The notes under the pieces are model-generated. The model searched no databases and had not been told where the DNA came from. It worked only from the letters and a program-made list of their open reading frames with translations. DNA of 62,520 nt, filler included, from Hausera hauseri (lineage: Eukaryota): the NCBI GenBank assembly GCA_046269625.1. It is 10 parts of 10 records of this genome, joined end to end, with 100 filler letters (N's around TTAATTAATTAA, not from the genome) between each part and the next. Parts side by side here need not be neighbours in the genome. Positions count along the whole stretch, not along the records: positions 5,094 to 11,982 come from JBJURY010054663.1; positions 12,083 to 17,355 come from JBJURY010293725.1; positions 17,456 to 24,779 come from JBJURY010022453.1; 7 more parts are not named here. The stretch is one strand, 5' to 3'. The translations under genes and the position numbers were made by a program. Numbering within the stretch: position 1 is the stretch's first letter; every line of letters begins with the position of its first letter. Positions 10,881 through 24,879 of this stretch are shown here, one piece after another.

Positions 10881-12082
10881 GGTTCGTAATATGGTACATC
10901 AATTTGTGTCCCACTGACTGTCGGAGTTTACTCTGTTGTCTTCCGCATTTCGATTGTAAATTTATTCGTATTTTGCATTAATAAAAAATGACAAAATAGT
11001 TACAAACACTGCCTCATATACTTTGGCGTTCTCCTTTTTTCTAAGGACGTCATAATTAGTGTCGGCACAAATGATTTTAGGTATGCACATGCATGAAAAA
11101 TATAAAAGGACACATAATTTTCTGGATACACACATACATGATTTTTTTTACCATACACACATGCACACATATTTACAGTTTTACTATATTACGTTGCAGC
11201 TTATTATTTATTTACTAGGTTATTAGGCAACAGAGCGAAAACATAGAAATATTTTACGTTGCGGTATGTTATATAAATTGTTCAATAAAATTTCATGTTC
11301 TGGAAACAGTAATTGCGTTGAGTGAAAATTAATCTGTCAATATAAGTTATATAGTTTTATTTCATGAATCTTAATTAAACGATATAGCACAAAACTAAAT
11401 AACACACTAATACAGTTTTATTGTTATAAAATTTTATAAATCTTTAACAAAACTATGTAACATACACAATTATAATATTGCCACATTACATAAGTCTTAA
11501 TAAAACTATATAACACATATTAATCCTTAATATACCTTTATATCACACACGATTACAAATCATTAATAAAACTAAATAACACAAACTAATACATATTTAT
11601 TTTTACAAACCGTACATTCTATACATTTGCATTGCTTCTATATGCTCCACGGCTACCAATTGTCCATCTCCGCTGTAAATTGAGTAGTACAGACTAGATT
11701 AATCACATTGCGTACACTTTGTGTTTTCTTGTATCCACTGGCTTATGCACGGCAGGCAATACCTGTGGATACATCTGACTGGTCTAACATACGTGTATCG
11801 TATATTGTCTTGGCAGATGGCGCAGAAGTCACATTGAGACAAACTGTACATTGTTTAATAATGATTTATTGCAACATATTGCTAAGTTATATATATATAT
11901 ATATCTTACCCTGCAATTTGATTGGCTGAAATTTACTATAAATAAAGTGTTGATGTTGTTATTTTTGAAATATTCTACTTGANNNNNNNNNNNNNNNNNN
12001 NNNNNNNNNNNNNNNNNNNNNNNNNNTTAATTAATTAANNNNNNNNNNNNNNNNNNNNNNNNNNNNNNNNNNNNNNNNNNNN

Positions 12083-14242
12083 CCCAATGTTATGGAGAAA
12101 ATGACCAGTCAAATACAGGAAGAACTTCAGAAAAGTTATGGTGTAAAGTCAAGTGGAATATTCGTACAACTCATGTTACGCTTATTAGTGTTATTTTCAA
12201 CTTTTAAAAGAACCGAAACAATATTAGCTTATGATTGCAACCAAATATATGAAGGAAGTTACTACTCATTGATGGATCTTCAATCATGCCCAGGCGCTCT
12301 CCCGAGAAAATTAGAAACTCAAACGCAGAATTTATATATTTACTATGACAAAACTATGTTTCACATAAAAGGCCTGGAATGTTCTCTACGTGTATCCCGT
12401 ACTATTTCTCATTGCGGTCATCTACATCACGACGCTTACATTAAACCAACTACTATACCTAAATATGTGACGGTAAATCCCACATATTGTAGAGATGTGG
12501 GAGAAACCCAGCAATTAAAATGGGGAGAAATTATGTTAACCGCTATAAAAGGACAAATAACCCAACAAGAAAAATGGATTGCAGGTTATAAGAATGAAAA
12601 AGGAAATTGTAGAGGAGGAAATTTTGACACTGGGAAAGGAGTTGAAGCAGGTATCATAGTACATGATCAATATGAAGTTGAAATTAAGGATAATATCTAT
12701 GTTTTCGAAACCAGCACAAACACAATGGTAGATGCTTCCTTTTGCAAATTACAAACAGGACATTGCCATATTTGGACATAAACTATAGTGTGGACACCTC
12801 CCACTAGTTATGATTGTACATTAGTACAAATTACAAAAGCAGAATTCAATGTTACCACAGGAAAACGTTACGCCCGACATTATGAGACTAATTTTGAACA
12901 AACCAATATTCAAGTTATTCCGGAAGTATAAACTCCTAAGATCGTAATATCCAAAGAAATCAAAGGAAGAGTTAAATTTATACAATAAGATGCAATTACA
13001 AAATGTGGACAGCAAGTATTCAGTACAAATTACGACAATTATTTTATATTAAAAAGAGAAATTAAAGGTGCAGATAATTCTCCCACTAATAGAGCTCAGT
13101 TAGTGAATATTGCTGATTATATTGCAAATCGAGATGACTTCCTATTCTATCTAACTCACAAAACAATCGAAAAAATATATTCCGAAACAATCCAAAATTT
13201 TTGTAGAATGAATTTCGAAACTCTAAGAAATCGTCTGGCCATTTATACATCCAACCCAGAAATGATCACAATAACCCTCCCTTTCGGCGAAGGAATTCAA
13301 GGCAGAGTCCTAGGAGAAGTGTTATATACCTATAAATGTAAGCGATTAGAATTGTCATTAATTACCGGTACTCTATGTTACTCGGAAATACCAGTTAAGT
13401 ATAACGAGGAAATCCGATATGTTCAACCTATGACTAGAGTGCTCCTGGCACCACATACAATACCCACGGACATTCAGAATTGCTCCGCATTAAATAAGCC
13501 GTTTATCAAGTATGATAACCAGAGTCTTTGGGTTAGATTACCGGATCGTGATAGAGTCAAAGAAAAACCCAAGAAATTAACGATGACTAACTTAAAACAT
13601 GCAATTGAAACCAATATGTTTACCGACATGTCCAAATCAGCACTATATAGCAAAAAGGAGATTGATTCATTCGTGAAGTTTTTAGCATATCCCAGACAAA
13701 GAGAACAAATTGTAAATCGCGGACTACATCGAGTAATCGACGGCTCAGCCGGAGAAGGAAAGTGGGATCGGTTATGGACTCCAGATGCTTATACTAAAAT
13801 CGTTTCAAATCTGTGGTGTAAAATATGGGGAGGATTCCTGAAAATTAGCCAAGTAGCTTCAGGGTTTCTGGCCATATATTTCATTATACAGACCTTGAAA
13901 GTCTGTATCAATTCTGTATTAAACGTTTATGAGATCTATAATCTAACAGGATTATCGTTTAACATAATAGGAGCTCTATTTTCCCCACTTGGAAAATTTA
14001 TTAAGGCCTATCATGAGAAACAATGGCGAGGCAAATTAGCAAAGCATGTCGACTATAAATTAGAGAAACAATTCCCAAAGGACACTTCATCATGTTCAGA
14101 TGACAGCAATGCTCCTAAGTATTATCCTACGACAGGAGTTCCTAAGGATACGAGGAGAAAATTTAAGTTTATGAAACCAAAGAAAAAGGATAAACATAGA
14201 ATACCGGATGCACCATATGATAACAAAACAATGCCTATATAA
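12083..14242 (+). pseudogene. env: Chuvirus (Jingchuvirales)-like envelope/fusion glycoprotein with three in-frame TAA stops
   Basis: One frame from the contig edge to 14242 with TAA at 12779, 12929 and 12986. Hydrophobic signal then AYDC; CSLRVSRTISHCG, GNCRG, CGQQVFST, GEVLYTYKC, CYSEIPV...PMTRVL; C-terminal hydrophobic segments and a basic tail. Confidence 0.85.
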
Positions 14243-14472
14243 ACTACCAAATTTAACAGATTTAACGGATCCTTACGCAAAAAGAGAAGAATACATAAAA
14301 CTACGTAGCTTGCCAAAATACTTTCAGGAAGAGATACGTCAATCCATTATTACTCGGAATATGGAAAATAATCGCGTAACACTACCTGTTTCACTCAATG
14401 GGTACATTACCCTAAGTACCTTACCATCAAGTAACTAGGTCAATAGAAACTGAATCAAACAGAAATTCCCAT

Positions 14473-17355
14473 TTGGCTACTTCCGAACTTAATAATAACC
14501 CACAGACCACATTAAAACATACAAAACATACTAGTTGCTATCCAGACTTGATTGAACTCAAGGATAAGAACAAAATGTCAGAAATTGATACACATTCACT
14601 GGAGAATTTGACAGTTATTTTATCTAACAGTACCAACAGACATTGTTCGTCTAGTTATATACTGATGGAACCGCATATTGACAATCATAATGATGTATTA
14701 ACATTTCTTGAACTACTACGAGATAATAGACCATATACAACAGTTCATTTTGGTACTTTTGATTTGAACGCTATGGTGGATACAGGAGCTACTAAAGACT
14801 CACCTGGTACCACTTCGGCTTTTAAGCAATGCAGTAAACCTTATGGATACTGGAAAAGTAAACCATGGATTTGTGGACAGAGAGTCAAGATAACTTTTGA
14901 TGTGATGATTACTCTAGATGTATTTTGAGTATGTGTTACGAAAATTGAAAGGTGTGCACATAAACTTACAATCAGGATCAATTTGTCCAAATAATGAAGA
15001 TAAACCCTCTAGTTACAACAAAACAGACATCTGGTTAGGACATATTGAGAAAATACCACTTCATTCTCGAATGGTCATACACGCTAGAACAATTTTTCCA
15101 GACAACCGTGTCATTGAGTTTGTGCCAAAAACTCTTTGAAATGGGCTTATACTACTACACTATTGCGTTAATGTAGTCGGAGGCACTATTCCAGTAGAAG
15201 TTACAAATCCAACCCCGAAGTATGTCACGTTGTTCACAAAAACAAAAATTGGACAGGCTCTTGATACAACCCGTCGTGAGAATTACGATAATAAAGCCGC
15301 GACCGTTTCTCCCATCGAACAAGAAAATTCCGAAGATATATTAAAGGTTGTTCTCACGAAAGCTAAGAAAAACTTATCAGACGAATATTTAGAACACTTC
15401 TCAGATCTCATTTTTGAGTATCTCGACATTTTTGCAAGGAATGAAACAGATATCGGACGAACTGATCTAGTTAAATTCAAATTATCATTCATGATTGACC
15501 CGTTAACAGGAAAGGAAATAGACTTGGTACGACAACAAATACCAAAATGGTACCCTCCTCCAAAAGCACTCCAAAAGGAAGTCGAGGAGCAGATTCAAGC
15601 TGTGCTCGATAAAGGTATTATAAAGCCGAGTCAATCACCATGGCCTTTTCCCATAGTTATGGCTAAGAAAGCTAATACAACTAAACACCGTTTGTGTGTA
15701 AATTACGTTACTTTGAACCAGCATCTAATGAATCACGCTTATCCAATTCCATGAATTCGGAATATCATTGATGTATTAAAGATTGTAAATATTTTACCAC
15801 ATTGGATTTACAAAGTTGGTTTTGGCAAATCCCCGTAGCTGAAGAAGACCGATGGAAAACTGCCTTTAAGACGCATACCAGAGTCTATCAAATCACACGT
15901 ATGCCATTTGATCTAAAAACAGCGCCCACATTCTTTCAAAAATTTATTTGCCTGCTGCTAAAAGGAGTACGAGGCTTATCATACATTAATGATATTCTCA
16001 TCGCGTCTAAGACATGGTCTGCGCATTTAGCTGAATTAAAAGAAGTATTCGATCGAATTAGACTTGCTAAATTAAAGTTAAATCCGAAAAAAAGTGAATG
16101 GTGTAAGATAGAAGTTAGATATTTTGGGTTTGTTGTTTCCAACCAAGGAATTTCAACTAGTCTCGATTTAATATCCAAAATCTTAGAATATCCTCCACCT
16201 ACCAATGTCCACGAAATAAAAGCTTGGTTAGGGTTAGGAGGATTTTATGCTACATTTATACCTAATTTTGCGGAAATTAATCAGCCTGAATATAAATTAT
16301 TAAGAAAAGACCAAAAATGGGAATGGACAGAAGATAACCAAAACGCATTTGATGAGATTAAGAAACGAATAATATCAGCACATATATTGAGATACCCAGA
16401 TTTTTCGTTACCATTTATTTTGAAAACCGATGCCAGCATAAAAGTTATTAGTTATATATAAGCACAGCGAAATCCGGAAAAAACAACACAACACGTAATC
16501 GCCTATGGAGGACGTAGTTTGAATAATGCAGAACGAAAATACTCAACCACTAAATTAGAATTATTAGCTATTCGTGACGGATTGCTACATTATGAGTCTT
16601 ACGTTTACGGTCATAAAGTCATAATATTTACTGATAACAAGGCACTATTATCTTTACGTTCAGACAACAGACATGTATCAAGTCGACTCCAAAGATAAAA
16701 GTTGGAACTTTTGAATTATGATCTCGAATACCGATATCGTCCTAGCAAAGAAAACATAGACGCCGATGCACTTTCGAGAATGCCATATGATAAGATAGTA
16801 GCTGCTGTTTATAAACCATTATACAATGAGAATGGCAAACAACTGAATGAGAAAATAATTAAGGAAATGTTACAAGAACAACGCCAAATTCAAGTACGCA
16901 ATATCAAAACTTTACAAAATCAAGATCCCTTTATTGTTCAAGTCAAGCAATTAATCAACGGACAAGTGCATGACTCAATATCAAGTCGAATTCAGAAATT
17001 TCATGAAAAGATGCGAGAAAATCTTGAAATCGAAAATGGTATTTTACGACTAAGAGTCGGAGAGAGAAAACTAATTTTTGTACCCACACCGGCCATTAAA
17101 GCTGTCATGTTACAAGAACACAATTCACACTTAGCCGGACATCCATCCTTAAACAAGACATTGAAGCATATAACCGCAAAATACTATTGGCCTCAAATGA
17201 ATAAACATATTGAAGGATGGGTACGTTCGTGTAAAATATGTGCTACAAGAAAATATAGAGGATTTCGTGTAAAACCGTTTTTAGGAAGCTTACCTGAAGC
17301 ACGGAAGCCAATGGAAGTGTGTTCAATGGATATCTCCGGACCCTTCCCAGCTTCA
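14473..17355 (+). mobile_element. pol: Ty3/Gypsy pol (protease, RT, RNase H, start of integrase), decayed
   Basis: AMVDTGA; SQSPWPFPIV, RLCVNYVTLN, DLQSWFWQI, MPFDLKTAP, YIND (from YIDD); LKTDAS, AERKYSTTKLELLAI, DADALSR; H..LAGH...C..C zinc finger and SMDISGP. Confidence 0.93.
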
Positions 17356-17455
17356 NNNNNNNNNNNNNNNNNNNNNNNNNNNNNNNNNNNNNNNNNNNNT
17401 TAATTAATTAANNNNNNNNNNNNNNNNNNNNNNNNNNNNNNNNNNNNNNNNNNNN

Positions 17456-18230
17456 TTACCCAACATTAACATAATCGTCACAGTGATTATCATGAATCGT
17501 GTGCAAATGGTCTTATAAGCATCATCCAATTTTATTCTACGACACATATCGTATTTATTAAAAGGAAATTACAAAATTGGCAGTCTTTTGTTGCATTTGT
17601 TGTTGTGTCGAAAACGGAAGAGAGAACATGAAATGAAAAGGGTGGAGGGGATGGACAGCATAAGAGACAGGAAGGAAGAAGGTAAAACGGAAATATATCA
17701 GAGAGCAAGAGAAATAAGGAAGGTATTCCGGACGAAGGCAGTGTTTTGCAGGTATAGGGATGGAAATAATGAGGATATATTTATCAGCTACTTCGATTGA
17801 ACCAGTCATAAAAGAATAAAGCAAGCCTGAATTAGATGGGCAGGGCACAACTTATCAAAAGAATGTCATAGGACAAAGCAGTTATTGGAAATATGTAATG
17901 GAAGTCCGGATGGAGGAAGGTCATTAATCGGATCAGCGAGTATCCGGGTGCTGGGCATGAAATTGAGAAGGAGAGCACAGCACAGAGAGGAATGGAGGCA
18001 GATTGTACAGGAGGCTGAAGGCAATCATGGGCTATAGAGCCAATTGGAAGTTGCCTTTCTGATTGTGAAAGCATTTACGAGTTGAGACAGGAATTGAAAA
18101 GTTTTCTTTACACATTCTGAATTTACTTAATAAAAAAAATAATATTAAGTTTGTTAATATTATCAACAAACTTATTATTAATATTGAGTTTGTTTATTTG
18201 TATTAAATTATTTATTTACTGAATATTAAT
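17456..18230. repeat. Dispersed repeat, copy 1 (direct copy at ~23908-24779)
   Basis: Same start TTACCCAACATTAACATAATCGTCACAGTG and a long shared purine-rich body; diverged in the ~17590-17690 segment. Confidence 0.85.
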
Positions 18231-19630
18231 TATTTTCTTTAAATACAAAAGTGTAAGTTCTTATTTAGATAAATTTAGTTTAATGTTATTTTGGGTTTAT
18301 TTTCCCCGTCGTACTTTTGGCATGTATCCTATCTTCTTCAGCTGATTCGGTTGTTATGCTAAACAGTTATGTTTTGTATTTATGGTTTAATCTAGCGCTA
18401 ATGTAAACTTGTGTGGATGTTGTTGACATGTTATTGGTTTCTTTCAGTGTGTTGTTTCCTTAATTCATGTAATTTATTGTTTTAATATGTTTTAGTCATT
18501 TTGTTTGTCGTAATAGTTATAGTGTAGTAAGTGGGATCTGATTTGGACTGTTTTCTTCATAGTGGGGTTTTCATTGGGTCTATTTTGAATCTGTGAAATG
18601 TATTTAATATGAATTAATTGTATTTATATTTTGTTGAGTATATAACATTAATTTATTGTGTATTATTATTTAGTATTAGTTAATTTATGTGAATGTGAAG
18701 ATTATATGGAAATTGGCAACACCCCGCCCTACCTAAAATGGATTGTAGGTAAAATGGATTGGGTAGTTGGGATCGAATACATGATCTAAGAAAACTGATT
18801 TGATACTTGGATCGTATGGGGTTGATATGTTCTTTATTTAGTGTTAAGAATAGTCTTCCTATCTGTCCTAAGCAAAATTTATTTTGTACACTTAAAGTGA
18901 ATTTATCTTGTGTTGTGGGTTTTGGTTTTTGTAGTTGCTGTGTTTTTAATTTCTAGCGTGTCGTGAAGGCAACTTTATAATTATGTTTCTTGAAAAAGTT
19001 ATTTATGTTTTCGGCTTGTGGTTAAAAGTACGGGAAGGTAATATTATTTGAATAAATTATGTATATAAAAAATTAGAGTGCCAAAAATACAATGTATTAA
19101 GAGGAACCTGTTTTAGAAAAACGCTGCATGTGCAAAGTCAACAAAAGTTACAAATTCGAATCTTATTATACCATAACTCCAAAATATGTAGCTACTTTAT
19201 TAGGATGAGTTGCTCTCGAAACACGCGCATATGTAGGCATAAAGCCAACATCTTTTACAGACATGGCTCTTAATTAACCCTCTAAAAAAATTTCTTCTTA
19301 ATTTGATTTAACCAGCACCTATGAGACATACTCTCAAAAAAGTATGACTACAAAGAGAGAGCACCTCAAAATTTAATAGTTGCATACAAACGTTTGCATA
19401 TTGACTGGAGCAGTCTAAGGATAGCAGACCCCAACATCAGTGTAAGGAATGTAATGAAGATGACAGCATAGCTTCCTTTTTGGGGCCCAACAGTCCAAAA
19501 GTGTCGTTCGTTTCCTACTTCAACTCTTTCTTCATAAACTTTTTTGTTCAATTTGATTTGAAAGTACTTTTATCAAATTTTCATATCTGAATAAAATAAA
19601 TACGAAACCTCATCTGGGAAACATTAAAAT

Positions 19631-20590
19631 AAATATATTATAACCTGTATAGGAAGTAAATAAAAGATATTAGTTTCTTTACTAAGTAAAGAGGACTAAT
19701 GTTCTACTACAGGGCAGGTGTCGTGGACGAGGGACAACGATCAGAAACCTTACCTATTTTTTGTTGTTTTTTTTTTTTGTACAGGAATTTCTTCTCCGCT
19801 ACACCCTGATCTTTTTCCACCATTTGTTGTATTATTCCAAAAATACTTTTTTTGTTAAGTTTTCTATTGTGTGTGGTTTTATATATTCCTTTTTTGGTTG
19901 ATATATCATTCATTTTAAAAAAAACTTATATATATTTTTTTTTCGGGACGTTGGAACAGCAAGCTGAACTCAAGTGGCCCCAGCGATATCATTCNNNNNN
20001 NNNNTTTCTAATGTGTGTGGTTTTATATATTCCTTTTTTGGTTGATATATCATTCATTTTAAATAAACATATATATATATATTTTTTTTTTTCGGGACGT
20101 TGGAACAGCAAGCTGAACTCAAGTGGCCCCAGCGATATCATTCTTCTGCCTCAGCCCCCCATTACGGGGGGTCTGAGACAAAATATATTATAACCTGTAT
20201 AGGAAGTAAATAAAAGATATTAGTTTCATTACTAAGTAAAGTAAAGCGGACTAATGTTCTACTACAGGGCAGGTGTCGTGGACGAGGGACAACGATCAGA
20301 AACCTTACCTTCTTTTTGGAATTTTTCTTTTTTGGGAAAAAAATTTCTTCTCCCCCACAACCTGTTCTTTTTCCACCATTTTGTTTTATTATTGATAAAA
20401 TCATTGTCCTTTGTTTCATATTGTGTATGGTTTTATATATTCCTTTTTTGGTTGATATATAATTTTCATTTTAAATATATATTTTTTTTTTTCGGGACGT
20501 TGGAACAGCGAGCTGAACTCAAGTGGCCCCAGCGACATCATTCTTCTGAAAAAAATATATTATAACCTGTACAAGTAGTAAATAAAAGAA
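19631..20590. repeat. Tandem repeat with a ~365-bp unit (two full and two partial copies)
   Basis: AAATATATTATAACCTGTA at ~19631, ~20181 and ~20555; TTCGGGACGTTGGAACAGC...GTGGCCCCAGCGA occurs three times. Confidence 0.85.
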
Positions 20591-23500
20591 ATTATCAGAA
20601 ACCAAACTTAACTTATTTAGGTCGATTTCTAACGTAAGATGGCTCACCTTCATTTTGGCATTGTTCAAATGTTTTGGCACTATTTGGAAATTCTATATCC
20701 ACCAAATTAAATGTTGTTTTATTATTCGAAATCTTTTAATTAACTTTTTGTGTGTGAACTTAAGTTTATATAAAGAGGAAATGAATTATTATTGTATTCT
20801 TCTCCTCCTTTATCTCTTTTCGTCACCTCTTCCTCTTTCTCCTCCGCCTGCTGCCCCTTCCCCACCACTTTCTATTTTGTGCTCATTCCATTTCTTCTTC
20901 TTCTTCTTCTACTCCTTCTCCTATTTCTACTTCCCTTTCATCTTTTTCTCAATCCTCACTTCAAAACATTCCCCCAACTGAGTGGAGGTCGTTAATCCCT
21001 GAATGCTCCAATACAACAACTCCACCACCTAACCTAACCCCACACTCCTCCTAACTTAGCAAAAACAACGTAACGAGAAATTAATAATAAATAAAATTAC
21101 TCTAAAAAGCGTATCATGCACTTGGAATTCCCTATTTTTATCATATTCATCTATAAAAGCAGGTAAAGTGGTAACCAAATATGTATGGAGTATAAACTTT
21201 TAAATAATTGATATAATAATTAATAGATGGAATTTGGAGAGATGTGTTTGTCAAAACCCACTTTGAAGGCCAGAAGGGAGATGCTTTCCTTATGCTGTAC
21301 TCTTTAAGATCCTTGTGGATCATCTGATCACAGACTCATCAGATCAAATAGCTAAAATTAATTTTTATGTACCTCATTCCCATCAACGTTTCCTTGTTTC
21401 TCAGGCAAGGACGTTATATCATTTCAGCTCTCCGTTTTACTATTTTAAAATTATTTAATAGCATTGGTAGCTAAGAGTGGCTTACTTCATTTAAAAAATA
21501 CGTGTCTTTATTTCATTACTGTTGTTTAGTATCCTATTATTTTTATTTGTGTATGTAATCTTTTTTCGTGTGTGCAAATTTGCACTGTGTATTTTTATAG
21601 TTTACATTATGTAGTTTTATATATATTATGTATGTTTTACGATGATGCACCTCTGTTCAAGCTAGCAGGTTTTCTCTGCACTGTGGGACGTTATGTGTGT
21701 ATAAAGAAATTCACATTTAAATCTTTACTAAGTTTATGTAAACAGAATGGAATTATAAAAAATACATTAATGGCATAATTTATAGATAAATATTTATATA
21801 ACTTGGCAGACTATAATTAGATATAGTACTCCCCACTTTTTTATGTTTAGATTTTAGATGTTAAATAATAATATTATGGCACTAATCATTACATCTCTAT
21901 TTAGGGTATATTAAATTTTTACTGATATTTTGATTTGTTTCGGTTTTCATGGTCCGTAAGTTTCACAGTAATATTACCGATAATATATATATATATTTAT
22001 AGTTATTTTACCACTTATAAACATACATTATTTTCAAAATCGGTAGGTAGGTACATTGGTTACAAAATCTTTCTCAGCACTCTTATAATTTAGAGTATTC
22101 TCTTCCTAGCCAGAATGTTCGTAGAGGGCTGAGAAAGATGATTTTTTAGCATCAAAAGATCTTACAATTTTGGAAATTATGTAAGTTTATAGTGCTAAAA
22201 TAACTTATCACATTATCGGTAATGATATTTGGAATCTGTTATTGTGATATATTGCTAGTTTTGAGTATTTTAAATATATATATATATTTTTTTTTCATAT
22301 TTAATATGTTACAATTGGAAATTATATTTAACTTATAACTATAGTCAACATATACATTGTATAGCTACATGTACATTTAAATAGCATTTAGATGGTCTGA
22401 AATATGTTTTTAATTTTATATATTCCACAGTGTCTACTGAATATTTAAATTGATATAATAAATTGTGGTATCATTTTAAGTAATTAAAATGTTTATTTCA
22501 TATATTTTAATTAGATGTTTTTAATTGTATATAATTAAAATTTATATTTTGTATATTTTAATTAGAAATTAGATTGGAACTGTGCATAAATTATTTTGAT
22601 AATTAAACAGACCTCATCTTGTGATATTGTATTTAAATATTAGAAAAATTGTATTTTAATATTAGATTTTAAAAAGCATGTGCTTGTGTTTGTGTGTGCG
22701 TTTGCGTGTGCATGTGTATCATTACGGTATTTTATTGAAACCTGTTATATATATATATATTGGCAATATTTTAACTTGAGTAAATGGATTCTGTTTGGCG
22801 CAGTCTACAAAGAGAGATTGTATTTTTTATCTACAGTTTTCATGTATTCGGGTTTATTACACTACTGTATTATATTATATTATTTTATTATTACTGTATT
22901 ATAATTATATTTGTCCTAACTCATGAAAACACAATTATTTGACGGTCCTAATGTAATGTATGTCCAATTTAATAGGAAAAATTAATATTATTAAATACGT
23001 ATGATTTCCTCGGTTGGAATTAAGTAAGGCTAATTTTTTAAGTGGGCCTAAATACTCTCCAGACCTATAAAATACTATGGTGGTGGATGTGAATGGATGT
23101 GGTTGTCGACTGAATGATGTTGATGTGACTGAATGTTTTCAGTGTTACCATAGTGTTCTATGGTGGTGGATGTGAGTCTATGACTGTTGTGTTGTTAATA
23201 TTCCTGTTATGTTAAGATTGAGTTTGACTGAACGAATTTTCTCAGTATATGACTGGTGTTTAGTATGGTTACTTTTGTATAGTTTTGTATGTTATTGGGT
23301 GGATGCCTAATAGTGTTTAATAGGTGTGGATGTGGCACGTGCAGAGAGATGATTACAGGATTGATGACATCATTGTTATTTTTTTCTTCTGTGTCTCCCG
23401 GGTGTAACGATTTCTCATATGAAGGACAATATATATATGGGAATATACATTGAATATATATGGGATATATCTGGGATTTTCCTGATGCTTCTCATTAAAT

Positions 23501-23907
23501 AAATAACGACCATTGAAATCTCTTTTTTTGGAAGAAGGCTTCCTAGAATATTGTTTGGACTGAGCGAAAACGACCAAACGACAGACTCAGTAAATATCAA
23601 TGTGACGATGTCTGTTCTGGTATTGTATGAACCAGCGACAGGATAGACAACTTTGGGAGGATGAATTTGTGGCCGAACAAATCATCCTCCACTGAAGTAC
23701 ATCCGGTCGCACCCTAAGAGGTACGGATCAGAGATATGGACCCATCCCACGAACCGCCGCGTATTCCAATCGCCCCAACGTCAAGATAATTCCTAAATAC
23801 CGATCTCTGAGACCGTGCAACCCAGGAGCCATTAAGTTGTTACAAGCTGAGAATTTGAAGAACTATTCTACATTTCCTCAAGTTTGTAAGCTCCAAGCAA
23901 TCCAGAT

Positions 23908-24779
23908 TTACCCAACATTAACATAATCGTCACAGTGATTATCATGAATCGTGTGCAAATGGTCTTATAAGCATCATCCAATTTAATTATACTACACAAA
24001 CCGTATTTATTAAAAGGACATTACAGAATTGGCACACATTTGTTACATTTCAATTAATTACTTTTAACCAATAAGGATCAACTACTAGTAAAATAGAAAG
24101 TTACCATCAAGATGATGATGACGAGTGCGCGGAAGCCGTAGCTCGGCGGAGGAATATGGGATTGTGAGGAGGAGGAAAATGGTGCAGAGGAAGATAAGGA
24201 CATCGGTGGAAGGACGATTAGGGAAGAGAGGGTTTCGGATAGGAGGTGTAGATATATCAGAGAGCAAGAGAAATAAGGAAGGGATTCCGGACGAAGGCAG
24301 TGTTTTGCAGGTATAGGGATGGATATAATGAGGAAATTTATTAGCTATTTCGATTGAACCAGTCATAATAGAATAAAGCAAGCCTGAATTAGGTGGGCTG
24401 GGCACAACTTATCAAAAGAATGTCATAGGACAAAGCAGTTATTGGAAATATGTAATGGAAGTCCGGATGGAGAAAGGACATTACTCGGGTCAGGTTGTAT
24501 CCGGATACTGGGCATGAAATTGAGAAGGAGAGCACAGCATAGAGAGGAATGGAGGCAGATTGTACAGGAGGCCGACGCCCATCATGGGCTATAGAGCCAA
24601 TTGGAAGTTGCCTTTCTGACTGTGAAAGCATTTACGAGTTGAGACAGGAATTGAAAAATTTTCTTTACACATTCTGAATTTACTTAATAAAAAATAATAT
24701 TAAGTTTGTTAATATTATCAACGTATTATTAATATTAAGTTAGTTTATTTGTATTAAATTATTTATTTACTGAATATAA
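23908..24779. repeat. Dispersed repeat, copy 2
   Basis: Direct repeat of 17456-18230; ORFs 17832..18074 and 24389..24631 translate almost identically. Confidence 0.85.
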
Positions 24780-24879
24780 NNNNNNNNNNNNNNNNNNNNN
24801 NNNNNNNNNNNNNNNNNNNNNNNTTAATTAATTAANNNNNNNNNNNNNNNNNNNNNNNNNNNNNNNNNNNNNNNNNNNN

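Noticed and set aside
12779-12988. Stop-codon reassignment explaining three in-frame TAA codons in env
   Set aside because: The adjacent pol also has TGA stops, frameshifts and dead catalytic motifs, and other genes end in TAA; ordinary decay suffices.
19631-20590. CRISPR-like array
   Set aside because: Units are ~365 bp with no unique spacers, there are no cas genes, and the context is eukaryotic.
17558-24631. Short ORFs in the AT-rich contig
   Set aside because: Low-complexity or repeat-derived translations with no protein motifs.
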